A DNA stretch of 64,000 nucleotides from Bacillota bacterium (GTDB taxonomy: Bacteria; Armatimonadota; HRBIN16), in assembly GCA_023511455.1 (NCBI GenBank), contig JAIMBJ010000014.1, positions 1,949-65,948 of the forward strand. The letters run 5' to 3'. Positions within the stretch are counted from its first letter, which is position 1. Every line of letters starts with the position of its first letter. Position numbers and translations under genes: made by a program. The notes beneath the pieces were generated by a model, which worked only from the letters and a program-made list of their open reading frames with translations, ran no database searches and was not told the DNA's origin. Below, piece after piece: positions 54,576 through 64,000 of this stretch.

Positions 54576-55415
54576 TTATTTCTTTGCCTTACACAGCGGC
54601 AAGAGGCTCATCTTTCTCCTCTCGAACACCGCGACCTCGCGAAAGCCGACGTCCCACGCCATGCGCACCGCATCCGGCAAGCAATGCGCTAACTCGTCGG
54701 GGTGGTGAGCGTCCGAGCCAAAGGTGATGAGCCTGCCGCCGCGTTCATAGTACCATTGCAGGGTCTGTCGGCAGGGGTAGAAATCGCGGGCATCTTGCCG
54801 AAGACCGGCGGTGTTTATCTCCAGCACCGTGCCTTTCTCCACCATCAGGTCAAACAACGTGAACAAGTGTTCGCGGTAGGGCTGGGGGTCAAATGCGCCA
54901 AATCGGGGCACACCGCGCCGTTTGGCATACTCCAGATGCCCCACGATGTCAATCAACCCGCTTTCCACCGAATGCAGCACTTCCTCGTAGTAGCGTTGGT
55001 ACGCCTCGCGAGCCGTGGGGAAACGCTGCACGTAGTCATCGGTCATCAGCATCAGTGCGTCCACATAATGCACGCAACCCAGTACATAGTCAAAAGGATA
55101 CTGGCTGAGCCACACACGCACATCCGGTTCGAACCACTGCTGGTAATCTATCTCCACGCCTGCACGGATTCGCAATCGCCCCCGGAACAGGTCGCGCACA
55201 TAGGTGATGTCGTCCATGAACAGGTCGTAATCGAAGTATTCCACCACGGGATCGTTAGGGTCAAAATCCTTATGTTCGCTGAAGCCGATTTCGTCCAGCC
55301 CCAGAGCCATTGCACGGGCGCAGTGTTCCAGCATGGTCGCGCGTCCGTCGTGCGACAGGAAGGTATGCACCTGATAATCCACCCGCGTATATTCCACTCT
55401 GCTATTCCAGCCCAT
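54576..55415 (-). CDS. PHP-family histidinol-phosphatase-like protein
   Basis: VDYQVHTFLSHDG...GFSEHKD...GHLEY...GSDAHH. Confidence 0.85.
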   Translation of the reverse strand: MGWNSRVEYTRVDYQVHTFLSHDGRATMLEHCARAMALGLDEIGFSEHKDFDPNDPVVEYFDYDLFMDDITYVRDLFRGRLRIRAGVEIDYQQWFEPDVRVWLSQYPFDYVLGCVHYVDALMLMTDDYVQRFPTAREAYQRYYEEVLHSVESGLIDIVGHLEYAKRRGVPRFGAFDPQPYREHLFTLFDLMVEKGTVLEINTAGLRQDARDFYPCRQTLQWYYERGGRLITFGSDAHHPDELAHCLPDAVRMAWDVGFREVAVFERRKMSLLPLCKAKK

Positions 55416-55890
55416 CGGTGCCTATTCCCTCTACATCCACCACGCGCCACTTTTCGGTGGGAAACACCAGCCATTGGCGAGCCGGCTCCTTGCGCAGCTT
55501 GAGCTGGATATCGGTAGGCTCATGGCGGCTGAGCAGCCCCTGGTCTTCCCACCAGACTTCCACGCGCATATTCACCGTCGCCTCTTTGCCGATAATATTG
55601 ATGACCGGCGTGGTGTAGCGAAGATGCGGTCGGACACCGCGGCGAAACGCCGACGCTATCTCGATGCGCAGTCGGTCGCGCGAGTAGCCAAACGCATTAA
55701 ATTCGCTGGAGATAGCGTCCATGATGGCGTTCACATCGCGCCCTTCGATCGCCAGACGGATATCCTCCAGTCGGTTGCGTAATACCTGCTCTTCTGGCGT
55801 GACAGGAGTCGCCGCGATGCGCCACATCACCAGCAACGCCGCGAGCAACACCATCGCGCCGAGAAGAGCGAGCTTGGTGGATGTCTTCAT
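55402..55890 (-). CDS. Membrane-anchored hypothetical protein (NTF2/SnoaL-like fold guess)
   Basis: N-terminal TM helix, then a domain of about 130 aa. Overlaps the downstream PHP gene start by 14 nt. Confidence 0.45.
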   Translation of the reverse strand: MKTSTKLALLGAMVLLAALLVMWRIAATPVTPEEQVLRNRLEDIRLAIEGRDVNAIMDAISSEFNAFGYSRDRLRIEIASAFRRGVRPHLRYTTPVINIIGKEATVNMRVEVWWEDQGLLSRHEPTDIQLKLRKEPARQWLVFPTEKWRVVDVEGIGTDGLE

Positions 55891-56043
55891 TCCGCTCTGC
55901 CTCGCCGGTCAATGCTGCTGAGATTATACCGGAAACAACCGGCTGTATCCAACGTGGTATATTGCATTGGGGGAGATTAAGCGGTTAATATATAGTAGAC
56001 CCGTGAGCGTTGCAGGGCACGCCCTGATGTTATCAAGCAGATA

Positions 56044-57123
56044 ATGATGGACGAAACGCAAAAGCAAAACCCTGAATGGGAGCAGGCGCTGCAGGCGCTG
56101 GCAACACAGAAAGCGCGCGTGATGGTGCTGGGCGCACGCGATGTCGGGAAAACGACTTTTGCCACGCTGCTGGCGAACCGTCAGCTCGCGCACGGCATCC
56201 GCACGGCGATAGTGGATGCCGATGTCGGGCAGTCGGAAATTGGTCCGCCCACCACCATCGGCATGGGGCTGGTGGAAATGCCTGTGCCGACGTTACACGC
56301 AGTGGTGCCCCGCGCCATCTATTTTGTCGGTTCCAACACCCCCAGGGGGCGGATGCTGGAGACGGTGAACGGCGTGCGTGCAATGGTAACCAAAGCTCAG
56401 GAAGCGGGTGCAGAGTCGGTGATCGTGGATACCACCGGTTTCGTGACGGGGGCGGCGGCACGCCGTTTGAAGTGTGCGAAAGTGGAAGCGGTACGTCCCC
56501 AGTTTGTGGTTGCCATCCAGCGCAAGGATGAGCTGGAGCACATCCTGCGATCGATAGAACGGCGCAACCTGAGGCTCATTCGCCTGCCCGTGCCTGAGAC
56601 CGTGATGGTCAAGTCGCCCGAAATGCGTCAGCAGCGGCGGGTGATGCGCTTCTTCCGATACTTTCAGGATGCACGTCTGCATACTTTCGCCCTGTCCGAT
56701 ATCGCTTGCGAAGGCACATGGTTCAATACGGGCCATTTACTCGAGTGGAACGAAATCCACTTCCTGCAAGAGACCCTGCGCTCGCGGGTGTTCTGGGCAG
56801 AGCGCACCACAGAGCACCTTTTCGTCATCACCGACAAGGTGGTGGATGAGCGTGCGCTGGTGATTGTGGAAGAAACTTTCCGGGTGGCGCATGTTACGAC
56901 GGCGGGTGTCCATCGCTTCGTCAAACTGTTACTGGGGCTACTGAATGCGGAGGGCGATTGCCTGGCGATAGGTATTCTGGAGCGGATAGATTTTGTGAAT
57001 CGCACCATCACGGTGCGCACGCCCTTGCGGGATGCGTCCCACGTTGTCATTCTGCGCTTTGGTGGCTTAAACGTACGCCCTGACGGCAAGGAAATCGGCG
57101 TGGTGAAGCCGGGTGAGATTTAG
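56044..57123 (+). CDS. Clp1/Grc3-type polynucleotide 5'-hydroxyl-kinase-like P-loop protein
   Basis: VMVLGARDVGKTTFATLLAN...AIVDADVGQSEIGPP...VIVDTTG matches the CLP1_P pattern. Confidence 0.7.
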   Translation: MMDETQKQNPEWEQALQALATQKARVMVLGARDVGKTTFATLLANRQLAHGIRTAIVDADVGQSEIGPPTTIGMGLVEMPVPTLHAVVPRAIYFVGSNTPRGRMLETVNGVRAMVTKAQEAGAESVIVDTTGFVTGAAARRLKCAKVEAVRPQFVVAIQRKDELEHILRSIERRNLRLIRLPVPETVMVKSPEMRQQRRVMRFFRYFQDARLHTFALSDIACEGTWFNTGHLLEWNEIHFLQETLRSRVFWAERTTEHLFVITDKVVDERALVIVEETFRVAHVTTAGVHRFVKLLLGLLNAEGDCLAIGILERIDFVNRTITVRTPLRDASHVVILRFGGLNVRPDGKEIGVVKPGEI

Positions 57124-57133
57124 GAGGAAGAGC

Positions 57134-58198
57134 ATGGGCAAGAAGGTCTGTTCCGGCTGTTTACGAGACCCCGCCTGCACCATGCTCTGCGAGATGATAG
57201 GTCGGTGGTGCCGGGGTGAGCCATTGCACTGGAAGACGCTGGATGAAGCAGTATGGCAATCGCTCGCCGAGCAGAGCATCGCACGGGGGGTAGCCGGATT
57301 GCTCTACACGCTCCTGCCGGACAGCGTCCCCGTTCACATTCGGGAGAGGCTTCGTGCCGAATACAACTCCCAGCTCGCCGCCAACGTGATGTACATACAG
57401 CAGCTGGCGCAGGTGGCACCCGCTCTGAGAGATGCCGGAGTGCGCTTCGTCGCGGTTAAGGGTTCCGCCCTGCTGGCAACGGTCTACCCCGACCTGGGCA
57501 TTCGCTCCATGAAGGACATCGACCTGCTGGTGCACCCCGAGGACGTCAACATCCTGAAGCCCGTGATGCAACAGCTGGGCTGGCAGGAGGAGGACGAGGA
57601 CATCGCAGGTAAGCACTTTGGTGAACGCTATCGTGCCGAGACCTCCTTCACCCGCCGTGAGGGCTCATGGATGCTTCGGCTGGAGGCACATCTGGACGTG
57701 CCCGGTTTCTATCCGCCTGCCCGTCGCCGTATCTGGGATAAGACAACCACGGTTTGCGGTGCGGGCATCGATGAACTGCCCGTACTCAATCTCCCTGCCC
57801 ATCTGAGCTACCTGTGCGCGCACTATTATTACCACCATTGCGGTTCGGGATTGAAATGGCTGGTGGATGTCGCTCGTCTCGTCTCGCAGATAAGTTCCTG
57901 GCGTGAGGTGGTGGTGGACGCCTATCAGTTTGGCACCACGCGCCCGGTACATCTGGCGCTGCACGAGGTGGCGAAGTATCTGCAAATACCCGTACCCCAG
58001 CACATCGTGGAGACCCTGCGCTTTTTGCCCATGCCGCTCAGTTTGCGCCTGCTGTTCGAAATGTGCAAGCGTCCTTACCTGCACTACCTGGGTATCCGTT
58101 TACTGGACCTTTACCGTGCACCGAACTGGTCCACCCGCCTCGGTTACATCTGGCGCAAGCTCACCGCCCCCCGCTGGCAGCGTTACTCCCGTTGCTAA
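57134..58198 (+). CDS. NTP_transf_5-type (uncharacterised) nucleotidyltransferase
   Basis: VAVKGSALLATVYPDLGIRSMKDIDLLVHPED. AGGAGG SD. Starts 10 nt after the Clp1-like stop. Confidence 0.7.
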   Translation: MGKKVCSGCLRDPACTMLCEMIGRWCRGEPLHWKTLDEAVWQSLAEQSIARGVAGLLYTLLPDSVPVHIRERLRAEYNSQLAANVMYIQQLAQVAPALRDAGVRFVAVKGSALLATVYPDLGIRSMKDIDLLVHPEDVNILKPVMQQLGWQEEDEDIAGKHFGERYRAETSFTRREGSWMLRLEAHLDVPGFYPPARRRIWDKTTTVCGAGIDELPVLNLPAHLSYLCAHYYYHHCGSGLKWLVDVARLVSQISSWREVVVDAYQFGTTRPVHLALHEVAKYLQIPVPQHIVETLRFLPMPLSLRLLFEMCKRPYLHYLGIRLLDLYRAPNWSTRLGYIWRKLTAPRWQRYSRC

Positions 58199-58228
58199 TG
58201 GCGAGGCGACGTGTTATACTCTTAATAA

Positions 58229-58582
58229 ATGGATAACGGAAGAGGACAAAGCGGCGTGGACCTGCAGACATTCAAGGAACTGGTTTACCGTGAGTTCGGT
58301 GACCACCTGGAGCACGCTACCCCTGCCAACGTGCGGGAGTTTCTGGACAGATTGCAGATGCAAGAGGTGGCGCGCCGGTTGCCGGGCGAGCGGTTCGAAA
58401 TTCATGAGACCGGCACCACTTACGAGGAGATTATCAAGGACTTCTTCGCCCGCGTGCTGGAGATGCCCCGTGATGATGCCATCATCCTGCTGTGGACGCT
58501 GGCGATAGACCTCGCCTTTGCCGCCGTAGAGCATCAGTATGCGGAATACTTCGCCTCCCTGTTCAAGGACCTGGACCAGTAA
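58229..58582 (+). CDS. 117-aa hypothetical protein
   Basis: ORF only. Same strand, 30 nt after the nucleotidyltransferase. Confidence 0.4.
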   Translation: MDNGRGQSGVDLQTFKELVYREFGDHLEHATPANVREFLDRLQMQEVARRLPGERFEIHETGTTYEEIIKDFFARVLEMPRDDAIILLWTLAIDLAFAAVEHQYAEYFASLFKDLDQ

Positions 58583-58714
58583 AAACCGGCAAAAAAGGTC
58601 CTAGCAGAAGGCTTTTTCTTTCCTGCATCTCTTGCACTGCGCAGACACCGCAGGGTACACTCTATGCGTGATAAACACCAGGTACAGGCAATATATCACT
58701 CGGAGAGTTTTTAC

Positions 58715-59401
58715 ATGGAACCGCTGGTAACGCTACCGCTGTTTCCGTTGCATGCTGTCTTGTTTCCGGGGATGCCTTTGCCCCTGTACGTCTTTGAAGA
58801 GCGCTATCGCCAGATGATGCACATGGTGCTCGAACAGGACAAGCAGTTTGGAGTCGTGCTTATCCGCGAAGGCAAGGAGGTAGGCGGTCCGGCGGTTCCC
58901 TACCGCTGGGGAACCGTTGCCCGTATCACCGCCCTGCAGAATCTGCCCGATGGCACTATGAATCTGTGGACAGTGGGCGAGCAACGTTTCCGCATTGTGA
59001 AGATAGTGCAACATGAGCCTTTTATGCTAGCACAAGTGATGCTTCTGCCCGATGTCTGTGACAGCTGTGAACATCGTGTTTTGCCCATTGTGCACCACGC
59101 GACCGACCGTCTGGAACAGTATGTGCGTCTGCTCTTCAGCCCTGAAGGTGGTAAACACTTTGTGGTGGAGCTCCCCAACAATCCTCGCGTGCTGGCGAAC
59201 ACCATCGGCGCCGTCCTTCAGGTTCCTCTGGTACAAAAACAGAAGCTCCTCGAGATAGATGATGTGGTTCAGCGTCTGGAGGCGGCGCTGGCTTTGCTGG
59301 AGCAAGAGATTGAAAACCTGTTGCTGAAGGCAGCAGAACAGTCTGCCCGTCGTGCCGTGCATCCCTTTCGCCCCGAAGAGAAGGTGGTTTCACGCAATTA
59401 G
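58715..59401 (+). CDS. LON N-terminal (substrate-binding) domain protein
   Basis: LPLFPLHAVLFPGMPLPLYVFEERYRQM. Confidence 0.8.
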   Translation: MEPLVTLPLFPLHAVLFPGMPLPLYVFEERYRQMMHMVLEQDKQFGVVLIREGKEVGGPAVPYRWGTVARITALQNLPDGTMNLWTVGEQRFRIVKIVQHEPFMLAQVMLLPDVCDSCEHRVLPIVHHATDRLEQYVRLLFSPEGGKHFVVELPNNPRVLANTIGAVLQVPLVQKQKLLEIDDVVQRLEAALALLEQEIENLLLKAAEQSARRAVHPFRPEEKVVSRN

Positions 59402-59425
59402 CACGCATCGGGAGGTTTCCCAACG

Positions 59426-60430
59426 ATGTCTACCGTGACGCTTATCCCCGGCGATGGCATCGGCCCGGAGGTGGTCGATGCCGCCGTCCGGGTGGTAGAG
59501 GCTACCCACGTGCCCGTCCGCTGGGAGCGATTCGAGGCGGGCACGGAGGTCATGAACAAATACGGCACGCCCCTGCCCGATGAAGTGTTCAACTCGGTGT
59601 TGAAGAACCGCATCGCGCTGAAGGGGCCCATCACCACTCCCGTCGGCACGGGCTACAGCAGCCCAAACGTGGCTTTACGCAAACGGCTGAATCTGTTCGC
59701 GAACGTACGCCCTGCCAAAAACCTGCCTGGCGTGAAAACACGTTACGAAGGCGTGGACCTGGTCGTCATCCGCGAGAACAGTGAGGACCTCTACTCGGGG
59801 CTGGAACATATCGTCGTGCCTGGGGTGGTGGAGAGCCTCAAAATCATCACCGAGCGCGCCAGCCTGCGCATCGCCCGATTTGCCTTTGAGTATGCCGTCA
59901 GACATGGGCGGAAAAGGGTAACCGCAGTCCACAAAGCAAACATCATGAAGCTCAGCGACGGGCTGTTTCTGGAGTGCTGCCGGCGTGTGGCGCGCGATTA
60001 TCCACAGATTGAATACGAAGAGCTGATTGTGGACAACACCTGTATGCAGCTGGTCACCCGTCCCGAAAGGTTTGATGTGATGGTGATGGAGAACCTGTAT
60101 GGCGACATCATCTCCGACCTTTGCGCAGGGCTGGTGGGCGGACTGGGGTTGACTCCAAGCGCAAATGTGGGAGAAGACGGGATTGTGGTGTATGAAGCAG
60201 TGCATGGCTCCGCGCCAGATATCGCAGGACAGAACCTTGCCAACCCGATTGCGCTGATTCTCTGTGCGGCGATGATGCTGGAGGACCTCGGTGAGACCTC
60301 TGCTGCCGAGCGGGTGCGCCAGGCGGTCTACCGCGTGCTCAGCGAAGGCAAGGTGCGAACCCGCGACCTGGGGGGAACCGCCACCACCTCCGAGTTAACC
60401 GATGCCATCATCGCTGCGATGCAGGCTTAA
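59426..60430 (+). CDS. Isocitrate dehydrogenase (NAD-type; isocitrate/isopropylmalate dehydrogenase family)
   Basis: LIPGDGIGPEV, SPNVALRKRLNLFANVRP, NLYGDIISDL and GSAPDIAG. Confidence 0.85.
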   Translation: MSTVTLIPGDGIGPEVVDAAVRVVEATHVPVRWERFEAGTEVMNKYGTPLPDEVFNSVLKNRIALKGPITTPVGTGYSSPNVALRKRLNLFANVRPAKNLPGVKTRYEGVDLVVIRENSEDLYSGLEHIVVPGVVESLKIITERASLRIARFAFEYAVRHGRKRVTAVHKANIMKLSDGLFLECCRRVARDYPQIEYEELIVDNTCMQLVTRPERFDVMVMENLYGDIISDLCAGLVGGLGLTPSANVGEDGIVVYEAVHGSAPDIAGQNLANPIALILCAAMMLEDLGETSAAERVRQAVYRVLSEGKVRTRDLGGTATTSELTDAIIAAMQA

Positions 60431-61461
60431 TCGGGGCGAAGTATCACCTTGGCGCACGTGCCGGTATCGATCAGCTCCATCGCCCTGCCGATTTCTGAAA
60501 AGCCCATCGTGTGGGTAATCACCGGGCGCACGTCCAGCCTGCCGGACACCAGCAGGTCCTGCATCTGCTCCCACGTCTGATACAGCCGCCGCCCGACGAT
60601 ACCCTGCACCTCCGGTCCCTTGAATATCACGTCCTCCGCAAAGTCCACCTCTATCGGGTCGCTGGGGATACCCATCAGTGTCACCCTGCCCCCCGGACGA
60701 GCAATCCGGAAGCCCGTTTTCACTGCTATCGGCGCGCCGGACATCTCCAGCACCACGTCCACACCCTCTCCCGCAGTGTGCGTCATCACCGCCTTTTCCA
60801 CATCGTCCCCCATCGGGTCCAACAGCACATCCGCTCCCATCTGCTCCGCCAGCTGCAGCCGATAGGGATGTTTCTCCACCGCGAAAACCGTACTGGAATG
60901 GCACGCTTTGGCAATGCCGATGCTGAACAGTCCGAGCGGTCCGCACCCCATCACCGCTACCGTGCGCCCCTCCAGCGGACCCGCCAGCGCGGCGTGGACG
61001 GCGTTGCCCAGCGGGTCCTGAATGGCTGCTATCTCCACAGGGATTTGCGGTGGAGTAGGGCGGGCATTCGCCTCGGGGATGAGCACCAGCTCCGCCCACA
61101 CCCCGTCGGTGTCTATTCCCAGGATGCGGGTGTTGCGACACACGTGCGCCTGTCCGTGACGGCATTGATAGCACACACCACACACGATGTGCGACTCGCT
61201 GGCGACTACATCGCCCACCCGGCGTTCAGTGACCCCCTCGCCAACGGCGATGACTTCACCTGCGAACTCATGACCCAGAATACGGGGCAGACGGATGCGA
61301 TGCGCCGCCCAGTGGTCCCAGTGCCAGATGTGTACATCGGTGCCGCAGATCGACCAGGCAAGGGGCTTGACGAGGACGTAGTCTGGGGGAATAGTGGATG
61401 GGTCGGCAATATCTACCACCTCGCCCCCGGGTTCAGGGCGGGTCTTCATGATCGCACGCAT
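60427..61461 (-). CDS. tdh: L-threonine 3-dehydrogenase (Zn-dependent MDR family)
   Basis: ICGTDVHIWHWDHWA, GHEFAGEV, C-x2-C-x2-C-x7-C, and colinear with E. coli Tdh to the C-terminus (GKVIL). Confidence 0.9.
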   Translation of the reverse strand: MRAIMKTRPEPGGEVVDIADPSTIPPDYVLVKPLAWSICGTDVHIWHWDHWAAHRIRLPRILGHEFAGEVIAVGEGVTERRVGDVVASESHIVCGVCYQCRHGQAHVCRNTRILGIDTDGVWAELVLIPEANARPTPPQIPVEIAAIQDPLGNAVHAALAGPLEGRTVAVMGCGPLGLFSIGIAKACHSSTVFAVEKHPYRLQLAEQMGADVLLDPMGDDVEKAVMTHTAGEGVDVVLEMSGAPIAVKTGFRIARPGGRVTLMGIPSDPIEVDFAEDVIFKGPEVQGIVGRRLYQTWEQMQDLLVSGRLDVRPVITHTMGFSEIGRAMELIDTGTCAKVILRPD

Positions 61462-61592
61462 AGGATCTTACTCCTTTCTACCGTTCTGACAGTTTCATTA
61501 TATGCCTGAATCTGCTGCTCCCGCAAGCCCAATTGAACTTCTCCCTTTGCAGGACGTCTGGATAAATGAGTATGCAGAGGGAGGTGCCCTGA

Positions 61593-62630
61593 ATGTACCG
61601 ACGGAGATTGTGGATAACGGGGATGCTTTTGCTGCTGTCTGCGCTGATACTCGCAGCATGGCAAACGCCAGGCAAGCAGGTGCGGAACGTCATCCTCATT
61701 GGCTGGGATGGGGCGCAGCGCGAGCATGTGCGCGAGTGCCTGCAGCGTGGGGAGCTGCCGAACCTCGCGAGGCTGGCTTCTGAGGGCAAACTGGTGGCTA
61801 TCGACATCCTGCGCACTACCGATACCAAAGCGGGATGGACGCAGATACTCACCGGCTACGAGCCGGAAAAGACCGGCGTTTTCAGTAACGGGCGATACCA
61901 GCCCATTCCGAAGGGATACACCGTTTTCGAGCGGCTGGAACAGCATTTTGGCGCAGACAACATCGCGACGGTAGCGGTCATCGGTAAGAAGGGCAACGTG
62001 GATGCCGACCCACCGACAAAGATACCAGCGGCTGCCATCGAACAGCGGGCACGCGCAGGACGTCCCCAGGCGCAACAGCGATTGCGACAGGGGCGGATTG
62101 TGGTGGAAAACGGTGTGCGCTATCTGGTGGAGCCCGGCAAGCCCTTCTACCACGCCGCGCAGAACATGGACGTGTTCATCAACGGGCTAATGCGCGACGA
62201 CCTGGTGGGTGCGAAGACGCTGGAGATGCTGGAACGCTACAAGGACAAGCGCTTCTTCTTCTTTGTGCATTTCGCAGAAGTGGACCACAGCGGGCATCAG
62301 CACGGCGAGAACTCCAAAGAGTACAACGATGCGCTCATCTCCGGCGACCGATGGTTGGGCAGAATCGTGCAGAAACTGAAAGATCTGAAGCTGTACGATA
62401 AGACGCTCATCTACGTGACCGCCGACCATGGCTTTGACGAGGGGCTCAAGAGCCACAGCGACGCTCCCTACGTCTTCCTCGCGACCAACGACAAAGGCAT
62501 TATGCGCCGCGGTACCCGCGCCGACATCGCCCCCACCATTCTGGAACGGTTTGGCGTGAACCTGAAGCGCATCGACCCACCTCTGGACGGTCACCCACTG
62601 ACAAAGCCTTACAATCCGCCGATATGGTAG
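61593..62630 (+). CDS. Alkaline-phosphatase-superfamily phosphodiesterase/pyrophosphatase (type I phosphodiesterase family)
   Basis: Signal anchor, ILIGWDG, DHSGHQHG and VTADHGF. Confidence 0.8.
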   Translation: MYRRRLWITGMLLLLSALILAAWQTPGKQVRNVILIGWDGAQREHVRECLQRGELPNLARLASEGKLVAIDILRTTDTKAGWTQILTGYEPEKTGVFSNGRYQPIPKGYTVFERLEQHFGADNIATVAVIGKKGNVDADPPTKIPAAAIEQRARAGRPQAQQRLRQGRIVVENGVRYLVEPGKPFYHAAQNMDVFINGLMRDDLVGAKTLEMLERYKDKRFFFFVHFAEVDHSGHQHGENSKEYNDALISGDRWLGRIVQKLKDLKLYDKTLIYVTADHGFDEGLKSHSDAPYVFLATNDKGIMRRGTRADIAPTILERFGVNLKRIDPPLDGHPLTKPYNPPIW

Positions 62631-62637
62631 TTGCGCG

Positions 62638-62665
62638 AAACGGCTCGGCGGGAGCCGAGCCGTTT
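62638..62665. repeat. REP-like extragenic palindrome (copy 2, inverted orientation)
   Basis: AAACGGCTCGGC-GGGA-GCCGAGCCGTTT, the reverse complement of the 35357-35382 element including the loop. Lies 8 nt after a stop codon. Confidence 0.6.
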
Positions 62666-62721
62666 GGAAAGTTCTCCGCTCACCAGAAGGTTTGCGCGCC
62701 AGCACCATGCGAATTACTCAG

Positions 62722-62958
62722 CTAAGTCGTCGCGGGTTTCTCGCCGGTAGAGCCACCTTCCTGCTTCAACGTGCAGATGCCCAGCACCTTATACAACCCG
62801 CAATAGCCCACCGCGCTCGTGCCCAGCAGGACGAGCGCGAGGATGCCCAGCACCCAAGCCAGCGCGCCCTTCACCGTGCCCAGCGCAATCAGCACAGCGA
62901 ATATCACGGCGACGATAAGGCGAATGACCCGGTCGGCGACGCCCATGTTCTTCTGCAT
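62722..62958 (-). CDS. DUF2892 (YgaP-like) small membrane protein
   Basis: MGVADRVIRLIVAVIF...GYCGLYKVLGI. AAGGAGGGAGG SD before the ATG at 62958. Confidence 0.7.
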   Translation of the reverse strand: MQKNMGVADRVIRLIVAVIFAVLIALGTVKGALAWVLGILALVLLGTSAVGYCGLYKVLGICTLKQEGGSTGEKPATT

Positions 62959-63016
62959 GGTGCCTCCCTCCTTTACAGGATAGTGATTTACCCCACTATC
63001 CATATACGCACAAACG

Positions 63017-63835
63017 TTACACTGGTGTGCCTGCTTCCAGTTGCTCCGGCACCAGCGCACCCTTGCCGAAGATGATGGGGAAGGTCGAGCCATCGCTGAG
63101 GCGTCGCGTGCGCCCGTCCATGTAACAGACGCTGAAAGCGCGTCGGGGGATGTCTATGGTGTTCACCCCGGAGCCGTGCAGCAGCCAGTTGTGCAGCAGG
63201 ATGGCTTCGCCCGCCTCCGCTTCCAGATACACCACTTTGTCTTCGGGGCAGTACATCGCCTCCTGCTCAGGGGTGATGGTGTGTCCCCACTCGCTGAGCA
63301 GCCCCAACCGATGCGTGCCCGGCACCACGCGCACACAACCGTTCTCCTTCGTCGCAGGGTCCAGCGCTGTCCAGACAGTCACCACCGGGTCGCGGTCCAG
63401 CCCCCACTGCAAACCGGCATCCTGATGCCACGGCAGTATCGTGCCCTTCTGGGCGGGCTTGTTCATAAACATGGCACGGTAGCAGGCGATTGGTACGTGC
63501 GCCCCGTAGACGGTCGCGCAAATCTCGCGGAAAAGGGGTTTCTGCATGTAGCGCAGGAACACGGGGTCGTACTCCAGATTCTGGATTTTGCGGTAGTTGA
63601 GTGTTGCTCCCTTGAACCCAAGCGTCTGTTCAGGAGCGTCTTCATAACGTCCGGTGTCGCTGTCCAGCTGCATCAGCAGGCGGTCGTAATCGATGTTGGC
63701 TTTGCCCAGCATGATGTCGTCGATGCGCTGGCGCATCTGCTCCAGCTCCTCGTCACTCATCACCTTGCCCAGCCGTAGATAGCCGTTCTTGAAATACTCG
63801 CACCACTGTTCGTCGCTGATGAATTGAGTCGTCAT
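63017..63835 (-). CDS. Phytanoyl-CoA dioxygenase (PhyH) family Fe(II)/2-oxoglutarate oxygenase
   Basis: FKNGYLRL, PWHQDAG and VRVVPGTH. Confidence 0.85.
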   Translation of the reverse strand: MTTQFISDEQWCEYFKNGYLRLGKVMSDEELEQMRQRIDDIMLGKANIDYDRLLMQLDSDTGRYEDAPEQTLGFKGATLNYRKIQNLEYDPVFLRYMQKPLFREICATVYGAHVPIACYRAMFMNKPAQKGTILPWHQDAGLQWGLDRDPVVTVWTALDPATKENGCVRVVPGTHRLGLLSEWGHTITPEQEAMYCPEDKVVYLEAEAGEAILLHNWLLHGSGVNTIDIPRRAFSVCYMDGRTRRLSDGSTFPIIFGKGALVPEQLEAGTPV

Positions 63836-64000
63836 GGCGTCCCTCCCGCTTGAATGTTTAGCTCTGCTACATCATCTTAACTGGAATCCTCAGTGAGTGT
63901 CAAGGAGGTGAAGGGCGGGCAGGAGGATAGTGTGTCGTGCGGTGGAATATATAATTCGGAGGTACGCAGTTGCGCTGAACACTTACGGGCTCGTGCTTGT

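Overview
This is a GC-rich bacterial chromosomal window. A DUF1559 prepilin-like protein, PEP-CTERM proteins and many glycoside-hydrolase-type loci suggest an Armatimonadota/Planctomycetota-like lineage, but that is inference only. By eye I found no rRNA, tRNA, CRISPR array, transposase or integrase.

**Left end (1-8459).** This is a minus-strand array of orphan RHS C-terminal toxin-tip and immunity cassettes with no Rhs shell gene. It includes a 1.8-kb perfect direct repeat at a 6479-bp offset.

**Rest of the window.** Mostly housekeeping and carbohydrate metabolism:
- cca
- a URO-D-like / beta-phosphoglucomutase / GH65 phosphorylase operon
- an M20 amidohydrolase and an OYE flavoenzyme
- an amidinotransferase plus LOR/SDH pair
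- a C11 lipoprotein
- a beta-helix glycosidase-like protein
- a 1554-aa multidomain GH-like protein with an AraR-like regulator
- GT4, rhodanese, an LCP protein and a D-lyxose-isomerase-like cupin
- DUF5107-TPR, a sugar nucleotidyltransferase and a PHP phosphatase
- isocitrate dehydrogenase, tdh and a PhyH dioxygenase

**Stand-out observations.**
1. The shell-less RHS toxin/immunity island and its duplication.
2. A RelE/ParE-like domain fused to an SF1 helicase, SNAP/TPR-like repeats and a TM tail. This gene has a strong promoter and is interrupted only by two in-frame stop codons.
3. A group-3 sigma factor fused to a degenerate GGDEF domain that keeps an RxxD I-site. It sits upstream of two tandem PEP-CTERM paralogs.
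4. A clostripain-like lipoprotein whose catalytic Cys is replaced by Ser.
5. A Clp1-type polynucleotide kinase coupled to an NTP_transf_5 nucleotidyltransferase.
6. A Tat signal peptide out of frame with its mature domain.

All family assignments come from motif recognition by eye. No database search was run.
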